A DNA stretch of 61,972 nt from an uncultured Bacilli bacterium. GTDB lineage: Bacteria > Bacillota_I > Bacilli_A > RF39 > UBA660. The notes beneath the pieces were generated by a model. The model was given only the letters and a program-made list of their open reading frames with translations. It made no database searches and was not told the DNA's origin. The stretch covers positions 1 to 61,972 of the forward strand of contig CAKPFH010000002.1 in assembly GCA_934153655.1 (NCBI GenBank). Reading direction: 5' to 3'. Shown here piece by piece: positions 53,857 through 61,972 of the stretch; within the stretch, counting starts at the first letter, position 1; each line of letters begins with the position of its first letter. A program made the position numbers and the translations under genes.

Positions 53857-54198
53857 ATGGTTAATATGGTTATGTTAATTGGAAGATTAACAAGAGATCC
53901 GGAAGTTGTTGAAAATGAAAGTGGTAGTAAAGTATCAAGAATTACTTTAGCTATTAATCGTAAATTTAAAAATGCTGATGGAGTATATCATACAGATTAC
54001 ATTGATTGTGTATTATGGAATAATTGTGCTAAAAATGTTAATACCTATTGTAATAAAGGTGATTTAATTGGTGTACGAGGAAGACTTCAAGTAGATACCT
54101 ATGAAAAAGATGGGATTAAGAAAAAAGTAACTGATGTTATAGCTGAAAGTATAACGTTTTTGTCTTCTAATAAAAATAAAACAATAGAAGAAAATTAA
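53857..54198 (+). CDS. ssb: Single-stranded DNA-binding protein, short form without the acidic C-terminal tip (SsbB-like)
   Basis: RBS AGGAGG. OB-fold N-terminus MNMVMLIGRLTRDPE ... ITLAINR ... DCVLWN ... KGDLIGVRGRLQ. Ends ..SNKNKTIEEN. Confidence 0.8.
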   Translation: MVNMVMLIGRLTRDPEVVENESGSKVSRITLAINRKFKNADGVYHTDYIDCVLWNNCAKNVNTYCNKGDLIGVRGRLQVDTYEKDGIKKKVTDVIAESITFLSSNKNKTIEEN

Positions 54199-54206
54199 AT
54201 TTCTTG

Positions 54207-54300
54207 AAAGAGAACTATTTAAAATTTATCTAATTTTATTTAAATTTATATAATATATTTCTATACCACTATGCCTATTTTTTTATAAATAGTTCTCTTT
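54207..54300. repeat. 15-bp perfect inverted repeat enclosing 64 nt, just downstream of ssb
   Basis: AAAGAGAACTATTTA (54207-54221) and TAAATAGTTCTCTTT (54286-54300), followed by GCCTTTTT. Confidence 0.7.
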
Positions 54301-54431
54301 GCCTTTTTATATTTAAAAATTATTATATTTTTTTATCTATTTTACAAAAATATTTAAAAGAAAAAATAGTTTCAAAAATTTAAGATGGTTTTATCAAGTT
54401 AAATTTTTTTAAAAAAATGTGTTAAATTAAA

Positions 54432-54460
54432 TTGACAAGTTGAATAAGTTTTGTTATTAT
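54432..54460 (+). promoter_or_regulatory. Sigma-A-like promoter for tRNA-Ser
   Basis: TTGACA - 17 nt - TATTAT, ending 14 nt before the tRNA. Confidence 0.5.
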
Positions 54461-54474
54461 ATATTTAGTCATTT

Positions 54475-54567
54475 GGAGTAGTACTCAAGAGGCTGAAGAG
54501 GCTCCCCTGCTAAGGGAGTAGATCGGGTTAAACTGGTGCGAGGGTTCAAATCCCTCCTGCTCCGCCA
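54475..54567 (+). tRNA. tRNA-Ser (anticodon GCT), long variable arm, CCA encoded
   Basis: Acceptor GGAGTAG/CTGCTCC, anticodon stem CTCCC/GGGAG with loop CTGCTAA, a ~21-nt variable arm, T-arm GAGGG TTCAAAT CCCTC, then G CCA. Confidence 0.9.
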
Positions 54568-54578
54568 TAAATGATAAC

Positions 54579-54606
54579 AAACTCTTATCAATTTAAGAGT
54601 TTTTTT
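54579..54606 (+). terminator. Rho-independent terminator after tRNA-Ser
   Basis: AAACTCTTA tcaatt TAAGAGTTT followed by a T-run. Confidence 0.6.
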
Positions 54607-54667
54607 CATACATTTGTTGTTATTTAAATCATTTTATTGTATAATAACAAAGGAAAAGGAGAAGTTT

Positions 54668-55849
54668 ATGAAAATATTATCAGTTAATGCAGGTAGTTCA
54701 TCATTAAAGTTTCAAATGTATGAGATGCCTGATGAAGTTGTATTAATTAGTGGCGTTTTTGAACGCATTGGTATGGAAGGAAGTTTCTATACAATTAAAT
54801 TAAATGGAGAAAAAATAGAAAAGAAAGTAGAATTAGAAGATCATAAAAAAGCTTTTGAATTATTAGTTAAAGAATTAGTAGATAACAATATTGTTGATAG
54901 TCTAGATGATATCAAAGGAATTGGACATAGAATAGTTCAAGGTGGATCATATTTTGATCGTAGTGTTATTGCTAGTGAGGATGTTATTCAAAAAATTGAT
55001 GAATTATCACCACTTGCACCACTTCATAATCCAGCTGCAATCATTGGTATTCGTGCTGCTCAAGCAGTTGTTCCTGGTGCTATTCAAACAGTAGTTTTTG
55101 ATACAGCATATCATCAAACTATGCCAGAAGAAAATTATTTATATGCACTTCCTTATGATTTATGCAAAGATAACTTAATTAGAAGATATGGAGCTCATGG
55201 TACAAGTCATAGATATGTTGCTAATAAAATGAATGAAATATTAGGAAGAGAAGATACTAAATTAATTACTTGTCATATTGGAAATGGAGCAAGTATTAGT
55301 GCTGTTTTAAATGGAAAATGTTTAAATACTTCTATGGGGTTAACTCCAAATGCTGGTTTAATTATGGGAACACGTTGTGGAGATATTGATGCAACAATTT
55401 TACCTTATTTAATGGAAAAACAAAATATTTCATGTAAAGAAATGGATAGAATCATGAATAAAGAAAGTGGTCTACTTGGCATAAGTGGTGTTAGTAGTGA
55501 TTCAAGAGATATTGAAAATGGTATTAAAGAAGGAAATAAACGTTGTGAATTAGCCCAAAAAATGTATGTTAGAAGAATAATTGATTATATAGCTAAATAC
55601 TATGTTGAACTAGAAGGATGCGATGGTATCGTATTTACTGCTGGTGTTGGGGAAAATAGCGTTCCAGTTCGTAAAGCTGTTATGGAAGGACTTGCTGTTT
55701 TAGGTGTTAAACTAGACGAAGAAAAAAATAATATTCGTGGTAGTTTACAAAAAATTAGTGCTAATGATTCAAGTATTCCTGTTTATGTTATACCAACTGA
55801 TGAAGAATTAATGATAGCTCGTGATACTTTAAATTTAATAAATAGTTAG
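54668..55849 (+). CDS. ackA: Acetate kinase
   Basis: ATG at 54668 behind AAGGAGAAG. ILSVNAGSSSLKFQ, GHRIVQGG, HGTSH, TAGVGENS. Confidence 0.9.
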   Translation: MKILSVNAGSSSLKFQMYEMPDEVVLISGVFERIGMEGSFYTIKLNGEKIEKKVELEDHKKAFELLVKELVDNNIVDSLDDIKGIGHRIVQGGSYFDRSVIASEDVIQKIDELSPLAPLHNPAAIIGIRAAQAVVPGAIQTVVFDTAYHQTMPEENYLYALPYDLCKDNLIRRYGAHGTSHRYVANKMNEILGREDTKLITCHIGNGASISAVLNGKCLNTSMGLTPNAGLIMGTRCGDIDATILPYLMEKQNISCKEMDRIMNKESGLLGISGVSSDSRDIENGIKEGNKRCELAQKMYVRRIIDYIAKYYVELEGCDGIVFTAGVGENSVPVRKAVMEGLAVLGVKLDEEKNNIRGSLQKISANDSSIPVYVIPTDEELMIARDTLNLINS

Positions 55850-55858
55850 GATGATTTT

Positions 55859-56836
55859 ATGTTTTTAGAAATTTATAAATTAATAGAAGAGTTTGATACT
55901 ATTGTTTTAGCAAGACATGTTGGACCAGATCCTGATGCTATGGCTAGTACAATGGCTTTAAAGGATAGTATTTTACTAACTTTTAATAACAAAAAAGTCT
56001 ATAGTGTTGGAAGTGGAAGTAGTCGTTTTACTTATTTTGGTAAACTTGATAAAGTAGAAAAACCTTTAAATGCTTTATTAATCGTTTTAGATACTCCTGA
56101 TATTAGAAGAATTGATGGAGTTAATCTTGATGATTATCAAAAAATAGTAAAAATTGATCATCATCCATATGTAGAAACATTTGCTGATATTGAGTATATA
56201 AATGATAAATCTAGTAGTGCTTCCGAGTTAGTATTAGATTTAATTGATAGTACACCTTTATTAATGAATAAAACTATTGCATCTAAACTATATTTAGGAA
56301 TTGTTAGTGATACTAATCGTTTCATGTTTAATAATTCAACAGGTTTAACTTTTAAAAAAGTTGCTAAACTAATTGATGATTATGATTTAGAAATAGATAA
56401 ATTATATGTACCTTTATATTTAAGACCAATTAATGAAGTTAGATTAGAAGGATATATTGGACTTAATTTAAGTGTTACCGAGAATGGTGTTGGTTATATT
56501 AAATTAACTAAAGACTTATTAGATAAATATGGAGTAGATGCAGCTTCCCCTGGTAACATGGTAAATAATTTTAATTATATTAATGAAGTAATTGTTTGGG
56601 CTTTCTTTACCGAGGATGTAAAAAATGAAAATATAAGAGTTTCTGTTCGTTCTCGTGGTCCAGTTATTAATACAGCTCTTTCTAAATATAATGGAGGAGG
56701 GCATAAGTATGCAAGTGGAGCGAGAATTAAATCAATGGATGATGTAACTCCAATAATAGAAGATTTAGATTATTTATGTAAAAAGTATGTTGAAGGATTA
56801 GGTGATAATGGTGAAAATAAGCAAGTGTTGTCTTGA
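55859..56836 (+). CDS. nrnA: DHH/DHHA1 phosphoesterase (NrnA-type oligoribonuclease / pAp phosphatase)
   Basis: ARHVGPDPDAMAS, IDHHP, GGGHKYASGA. Confidence 0.8.
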   Translation: MFLEIYKLIEEFDTIVLARHVGPDPDAMASTMALKDSILLTFNNKKVYSVGSGSSRFTYFGKLDKVEKPLNALLIVLDTPDIRRIDGVNLDDYQKIVKIDHHPYVETFADIEYINDKSSSASELVLDLIDSTPLLMNKTIASKLYLGIVSDTNRFMFNNSTGLTFKKVAKLIDDYDLEIDKLYVPLYLRPINEVRLEGYIGLNLSVTENGVGYIKLTKDLLDKYGVDAASPGNMVNNFNYINEVIVWAFFTEDVKNENIRVSVRSRGPVINTALSKYNGGGHKYASGARIKSMDDVTPIIEDLDYLCKKYVEGLGDNGENKQVLS

Positions 56837-57404
56837 TATTGTTGCTGTAAGACGTAGTCAATATCCAACTGATGGTAAAAATGAGTTTTTACTTGTTGGA
56901 AGAAGTAATGTTGGTAAAAGTAGTTTTATTAATACTATTCTAGGCCAAAAAAACTTGGCTAGAACTTCATCTCGTCCTGGAAAAACCCAAACCTTAAACT
57001 TTTATCTTGTAAATGACTTATTTTATTTAGTAGATGTTCCAGGTTATGGATATGCCTCAGTTAATCATGAGACTCAAAAGAAAATGGGACTTATGATTGA
57101 AGAATATTTAGAAAAAAGAAAAGAAATGAAAAGAGTTTTCATGTTAGTTGACTTTAGAATTAAACCAACTGAAAATGATATCATGATGTATAAATTCTTA
57201 AAATATTATAATATTCCTGTAACCTTAGTTTTAACAAAAGCTGATAAAGTTTCACCTTCTAAAAAAGAAAGAAATTTAAAAGTTATTAAAAATACTATTG
57301 AACTTGCTGTAGGTGATGATTTAGTAATATTTTCAAGTGTAAATAAAACCGGTAGAGATGAAATATTAAAAATAATTGAAAATTTATCTATTGAAACAAT
57401 TTAA
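56802..57404 (+). CDS. engB: Ribosome biogenesis GTPase EngB/YsxC
   Basis: GRSNVGKSSFIN (G1), DVPGYGY (G3), TKADK (G4). The exact start is uncertain. Confidence 0.85.
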   Translation: MIMVKISKCCLDIVAVRRSQYPTDGKNEFLLVGRSNVGKSSFINTILGQKNLARTSSRPGKTQTLNFYLVNDLFYLVDVPGYGYASVNHETQKKMGLMIEEYLEKRKEMKRVFMLVDFRIKPTENDIMMYKFLKYYNIPVTLVLTKADKVSPSKKERNLKVIKNTIELAVGDDLVIFSSVNKTGRDEILKIIENLSIETI

Positions 57405-57429
57405 AAAAATAAATACTAATAAAAATAAA

Positions 57430-57460
57430 ATACTGATAAAAATATATCGGTATTTTTTTT
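57430..57460 (+). terminator. Rho-independent terminator after engB
   Basis: ATACTGAT (8-nt loop) ATCGGTAT with one G-U pair, followed by T7. Confidence 0.55.
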
Positions 57461-57500
57461 AATATTATGATATAATAATTTTAGAATAGAAGAGGTTAGT

Positions 57501-58439
57501 ATGAATATTGTAAATTTAATACTTGGTTTTATTGTTATTATAAAAGCATCAGATATGTTAGTAAGTGGCTCCGTTAATCTAGCTAAATTTTTAAAAATAC
57601 CAACTTTAGTAATAGGTTTAACTATAATTGCAATTGCAACAGGAGTTCCTGAAATTGCTATTAGTATATCATCATCTTTAAAAGGATCAAATGGTTTATT
57701 ACTTGGTAATTTACTTGGTTCTAATTTATTTAATATTTTATTTATCTTAGGTTTAATAGCTTTAATAAGACCTTTGTATATCAAAAAAGAAATTATCTTA
57801 AAAAACTATGTCTTTGCTCTTTTATCATGTATAGTTTTATTAGCAGTTGCAAGTGATACAATACTTTTAGATAACAAGATTAATTTAATTACTAGATCAG
57901 AAGGAATTTTACTTCTTTTATTTGCTTTTATTTTTTCCTATTCAACAGTTTTAGATGCTACTTTAAATAAAAAAACCAAAGTAGAACCTTCTAAATTTAG
58001 TTTTAAAGATGCTTTATATATAGTTTTAGGAATTACTTTAATTGCTTTATCAGCTGAAGTAATAGTTAATAGCTGTGTTAATATTAGTAAATATTTAGGT
58101 GTATCTGAAGATTTAATTGGTTTAACAATAATTGCTGTTGGAACAAATTTACCAGAACTAGTAACCTCGATAGTAGCTGTTAAGAAAGGCGAAAGTGATA
58201 TAGCAATTGGTAATTTAGTAGGAACTAATATTTATAATATCTTTTTAATTCTTGGTCTATCAGCAACTATTAATCCCATTACTATAAGTACAAATGCTTT
58301 TATAGATATTATTATTTTAACTATTACTAGTTTTATAGTTTATATATTTATTAGACATAAAAAAGATATTAATAAAATAGAAGGTATTACAATGATATTA
58401 TTATATATTATTTACATTGTATATGTGGTGGTAAGATGA
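57501..58439 (+). CDS. CaCA-family Ca2+/Na+ antiporter (YrbG-like)
   Basis: Two alpha-repeats, GLTIIAIATGVPE and GLTIIAVGTNLPE. About 10 TM helices. Confidence 0.8.
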   Translation: MNIVNLILGFIVIIKASDMLVSGSVNLAKFLKIPTLVIGLTIIAIATGVPEIAISISSSLKGSNGLLLGNLLGSNLFNILFILGLIALIRPLYIKKEIILKNYVFALLSCIVLLAVASDTILLDNKINLITRSEGILLLLFAFIFSYSTVLDATLNKKTKVEPSKFSFKDALYIVLGITLIALSAEVIVNSCVNISKYLGVSEDLIGLTIIAVGTNLPELVTSIVAVKKGESDIAIGNLVGTNIYNIFLILGLSATINPITISTNAFIDIIILTITSFIVYIFIRHKKDINKIEGITMILLYIIYIVYVVVR

Positions 58440-61069
58440 ATTATTATAAAGAAAATATAGAGGAAGTTTTAGATAATTTACAAACTAGTTTAAATGGTTT
58501 AAGTACCAGTGTTGCCAAAGAAAGATTATCTCGTTATGGAAAAAATGAATTACCTAAAAAGAAAAATATTAGTATTTTTAAAATATTTTTTAAAGAAATG
58601 CTTGATTCTATTGTAATAATATTATTAGTAGTAACAATTATTTCTTTTCTAATAGGAGAGAATTTTGATGCTTTTTGTATTTTATTTATTATTATAGTAG
58701 ATTTAGTAACTGGAACAATTCAAGAGTATTCGGCTACTAAAAAAGCTTTATCTTTAAATGAATTTATTAAAGTAAAATGTAAGGTCTTAAGAGATGGCAA
58801 AGAAACTTTTATAGATTCAACTAATTTAGTAATAGGAGATATTATTTATTTAGAATCTGGTAATAAAATATCAGGTGATTTAAGAATATTAGATTCTTAT
58901 AATTTAACGGTTAATGAAGCTATTTTAACAGGTGAGAGTACTTCTATTTATAAAGATAATGAAATTATTCTTGAAAATACGATGGTTCAAGATAGGAAAA
59001 ATATGTTATATGCAGGTTGTAGTGTTATAACAGGACGTGCTACTTGTGTTGTCTGTGAAACTGGAAGTAATACCGAAATAGGTAAAATTGCTACTTCTAT
59101 GAATAGTTTACAAGAAGAAAAATCACCTCTTGCAATTAGAATTGAAAAGTTTTCTAAACAAATTAGTTTAATTTTAATAGTTATTTCTCTTCTTTTAACA
59201 ATTTTATTAATTCTTAAAGGTAATAAATTAAGTGATGTTTTTATGATGGTAGTTGCTCTTACGGTCTCAGCTTTACCTGAAGGATTACCTCTTGCTTTAA
59301 CTATGGCTTTAACTATAGCATCAGGTAGAATGTTAAAGAAAAATGTAATAGTTAAAAAATTAAATTCGGTGGAATCTCTTGGTAGTTCAACAGTTATTGC
59401 AAGTGATAAAACGGGAACTTTAACTGTAAATGAACAAACTGCTAAAATAATTGTTTTACCAAATAATAAAAAATATGAAATAACCGGAAGTGGTTATAAA
59501 AATGATGGTAAAGTTATTATAAATGATGAAAATGATACTTCTGAAATTTTAGATTTAATAAAACTAGGCTTAATCAATAATGAAGCTAGTTTTCTAAAAG
59601 ATGAAGAAACTTATTTAGGAGACTCAATTGATATAGCCTTTCTAGTTCTAGCTAAAAAAATGGAAGTTTTAAAAAATGATATAAAAATAATTGATGAAAT
59701 TCCTTATGAATCTGTTAATAAATATTCTGCTGTTTTCTATAAAATCAAAAATGATGATAAAGTTTATTGTACTGTAAAAGGTTCAATTGAAAAAATTCTA
59801 GAGTTTTCTAAATATATGGATAACAGTTTAATTAATAAAGAATTATTAATTAAACAAAATGAAGAATTAGCCAAAGATGGATACCGAGTAATTGCTCTTG
59901 CAAGTGGTATTGTTAAATCCGATAAATTAGATGAAAAAGAAATTAAAGATTTAACTTTTAAAGGTTTAGTAGGTTTTATTGATCCAATAAGAGAAGATTG
60001 TAAAGATGCCATTAAAGAATGTATGAATGCTCATATAAAAGTTGTCATGATAACAGGAGATCATCCTTTAACCGCTTTAAAAATAGGAAAAGATTTAAAC
60101 ATAGTTAGTAAAAACTCAGAAGTTACAACAGGCATGGAACTAGAAAGAAAATTCAAAGAAGGCTTACTTAGTTTTGATGAATTTGTAGGTCAAAAGAAAA
60201 TATTTGCGAGAGTTTCGCCTAATCAAAAACTAGAAATAGTAAAATCATTTAAAAGGCAAGGGGAGTTTGTTGCTGTAACTGGTGATGGAGTAAATGATGC
60301 CCCTGCTTTGAAAGCTGCTAATCTTGGTATTTCCATGGGAAGTGGAACCGATGTTTGTATAGAAACTTCTAATATGATTTTAACTGATGATAAATTCTCA
60401 TCAATTGTAGCCGGTATTAAAGAGGGAAGATGTGCTTACAATAATATTAGAAAAATTATTTATATGTTAATATCATGTGGCTTAGCTGAAGTATTATTCT
60501 TTACCTTATCAATTATTTTTAACTATGAAGCTCCTTTAATTGCTATTCAATTATTATGGTTAAATTTAGTAACTGATGGTATGCAAGATATGGCTTTATC
60601 ATTTGAAAGTGCTGAAAGTGGTATTATGGAAGAATATCCAAGATCACCAAAAGAAAATTTATTTGATAAAAGACTTATAAGTGAAGTTTTAATATCAGGT
60701 TTTACTATTGGTATTTTAGTATTCTTGTTGTGGACATATCTAATTGATATTTTAAACTTTGAAGTAGTAGTTGCAAGAGGTTATGTAATGGCTTTAATGG
60801 TCTTCATTCAAAATATGCATGTATTAAATAGTCGAAGTGAAACTAAATCAATCTTTGATAAACGTCTAAAACCTAATAAATATGTTTACTTTGCTATTAT
60901 TAGTTCTATTATTTTACAAATATTAGTTATGGAAGTACCAGTTTTAAGTAGTATTTTAAAAACTAATTCTATTCCTGTTATTCATTTAATATTTTTATTT
61001 CTTTTATCACTTACAATCTTATTTGTCATGGAATTATATAAAATATTCATAAATAAAAGAGGTCATTGA
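58436..61069 (+). CDS. P-type (E1-E2) cation-transporting ATPase, Ca2+-ATPase-like
   Basis: TGES, DKTGTLT, MITGDHP, TGDGVNDAPALK. ATGA overlap with the antiporter gene. Confidence 0.9.
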   Translation: MNYYKENIEEVLDNLQTSLNGLSTSVAKERLSRYGKNELPKKKNISIFKIFFKEMLDSIVIILLVVTIISFLIGENFDAFCILFIIIVDLVTGTIQEYSATKKALSLNEFIKVKCKVLRDGKETFIDSTNLVIGDIIYLESGNKISGDLRILDSYNLTVNEAILTGESTSIYKDNEIILENTMVQDRKNMLYAGCSVITGRATCVVCETGSNTEIGKIATSMNSLQEEKSPLAIRIEKFSKQISLILIVISLLLTILLILKGNKLSDVFMMVVALTVSALPEGLPLALTMALTIASGRMLKKNVIVKKLNSVESLGSSTVIASDKTGTLTVNEQTAKIIVLPNNKKYEITGSGYKNDGKVIINDENDTSEILDLIKLGLINNEASFLKDEETYLGDSIDIAFLVLAKKMEVLKNDIKIIDEIPYESVNKYSAVFYKIKNDDKVYCTVKGSIEKILEFSKYMDNSLINKELLIKQNEELAKDGYRVIALASGIVKSDKLDEKEIKDLTFKGLVGFIDPIREDCKDAIKECMNAHIKVVMITGDHPLTALKIGKDLNIVSKNSEVTTGMELERKFKEGLLSFDEFVGQKKIFARVSPNQKLEIVKSFKRQGEFVAVTGDGVNDAPALKAANLGISMGSGTDVCIETSNMILTDDKFSSIVAGIKEGRCAYNNIRKIIYMLISCGLAEVLFFTLSIIFNYEAPLIAIQLLWLNLVTDGMQDMALSFESAESGIMEEYPRSPKENLFDKRLISEVLISGFTIGILVFLLWTYLIDILNFEVVVARGYVMALMVFIQNMHVLNSRSETKSIFDKRLKPNKYVYFAIISSIILQILVMEVPVLSSILKTNSIPVIHLIFLFLLSLTILFVMELYKIFINKRGH

Positions 61070-61602
61070 TCTCTTTTAATATACTTATTTAATTTTAATT
61101 TTTTCTTTTTATTTTTATTTCTATATACTAAATATATAGGTTCTTTTTTCATATTTAAATATTCTTCTTTACTTAATTTAACTTTTAAATGAACTTCTTT
61201 TACTTCAAATGAAACCAAGTTAAGATATTTAATTTTCTCATAAGTAGTAGAACCAGATACCATTTTCATAGAATCTACTAAATTTAAATTATGATATTCA
61301 CTTAAAACTAATTTTCTCTTTTTCTTTTTATAAATATCTAAGTTATAAATACTATTATTAGTATTTTTATTATTAAATACTTGTAAGATAAAATCTAATT
61401 CTATGTATTTAGTTGTATCATCAATATTATTATTAGAATCTAACCAAGCGGTGTTTTTATTAATAATATTTATTTTCATTTTAAAAATATTTAAATAAAG
61501 TTTACCAAGATTTTTTAGTTTATCATAGATTAAAATCATGAAAAATGGTACTAAAATAATGGTTAAAATGATTTCAAAATCACTATCAAAAAAATTTGTC
61601 AT
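61063..61602 (-). CDS. Hypothetical protein with N-terminal TM helix
   Basis: RBS GGGGGA. Its 3' end overlaps the convergent ATPase gene by 7 nt. No motif recognised. Confidence 0.45.
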   Translation of the reverse strand: MTNFFDSDFEIILTIILVPFFMILIYDKLKNLGKLYLNIFKMKINIINKNTAWLDSNNNIDDTTKYIELDFILQVFNNKNTNNSIYNLDIYKKKKRKLVLSEYHNLNLVDSMKMVSGSTTYEKIKYLNLVSFEVKEVHLKVKLSKEEYLNMKKEPIYLVYRNKNKKKKLKLNKYIKRDQ

Positions 61603-61621
61603 ATATCCCCCAAAATATTAT

Positions 61622-61972
61622 TTAGTAAGCACTAGTATTTTTAGATTTCTTAAGTGGTTTAAAGCCAGCTTCTATAAGTTCATCCATAGTAACAATTTTA
61701 TTATTTAAAGCATATTTAATATTATATTCTTGATTATCTATTTTAACAAAGATACTACTACTTATAACACAAGTAAAATAATATTTATAATTACTGTCTT
61801 CATAGTAATATTCAATTGCTTGTGGACAATTACCACTACTTCTATCAATAATAGTTATTTTTTTATTACTACCAATTATATTATCATCAATTCTATTATC
61901 AATTATTGGATTGTCTTTAATAATATCATCTTTTTTATCATTGCTGTTATTGTTATCATTTTTATTACCATT
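61622..61972 (-). CDS. Hypothetical protein, C-terminal fragment (5' end outside the window)
   Basis: The minus-strand frame is open from the window edge to the TAA at 61622-61624. It translates NGNKNDNNNSND...GNCPQAIEYYYEDSNYKYYFTCV...IEAGFKPLKK. Not in the supplied ORF track because it lacks a start. Confidence 0.4.
   Translation of the reverse strand, partial: NGNKNDNNNSNDKKDDIIKDNPIIDNRIDDNIIGSNKKITIIDRSSGNCPQAIEYYYEDSNYKYYFTCVISSSIFVKIDNQEYNIKYALNNKIVTMDELIEAGFKPLKKSKNTSAY

Noticed and set aside
57416-57784. 122-aa minus-strand ORF
   Set aside because: It lies antisense to the CaCA antiporter gene and its terminator and promoter region. It has no RBS and is a shadow ORF.

Overview
This is a very AT-rich (by eye roughly three quarters A+T), gene-dense and mostly plus-strand chromosomal segment from a low-GC Bacillota-type bacterium. 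The organism has a peptidoglycan wall (MraY, two SEDS proteins, a class B PBP, several autolysins). It uses the standard bacterial code: TGA works as a stop, and the tRNA-Trp carries anticodon CCA. Positions 1-13.7 kb hold the right-hand part of a conjugative type IV secretion / surface-adhesin island. It contains a VirB4 C-terminus, a SpoIID-like plus papain-like wall hydrolase, a lipoprotein, a VirD4/TraG coupling protein, a cadherin-like repeat protein, an embedded SEDS gene, a thioester-domain adhesin with its own sortase, and an NlpC/P60 hydrolase. The island ends at a tRNA-Arg(TCT). The rest is mostly housekeeping: a class B PBP, a thyA-folA-tmk-UMP-kinase-like operon, a large autolysin, nrdDG, ftsK, a DnaB-type replication initiation protein, T-box-controlled thrS, mraY, a second SEDS gene, trmH-rimM-trmD, secG, sufB, a short ssb, ackA, nrnA, engB, a CaCA antiporter, a P-type ATPase, and tRNA-Trp and tRNA-Ser. 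Three small accessory loci sit inside this backbone and are the most interesting parts. (1) An orphan 568-aa protein has two RNxxxH HEPN motifs, one near each end, and is preceded by a hairpin-rich 194-nt spacer. There is no CRISPR array or cas gene nearby (46.0-48.2 kb). (2) A RelA/SpoT-fold toxSAS-like gene is translationally coupled to an internally duplicated 146-aa ORF, wedged between nrdG and ftsK (29.3-30.6 kb). (3) A tandem pair of secreted Cys-rich paralogues has divergent two-module ectodomains but an 85 percent identical C-terminal two-helix membrane hairpin. The pair occupies the slot between dnaB and thrS where Bacillus carries dnaI-ytxB-ytxC (34.8-37.8 kb). All functional calls rest on motifs read by eye. 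No database search was run.
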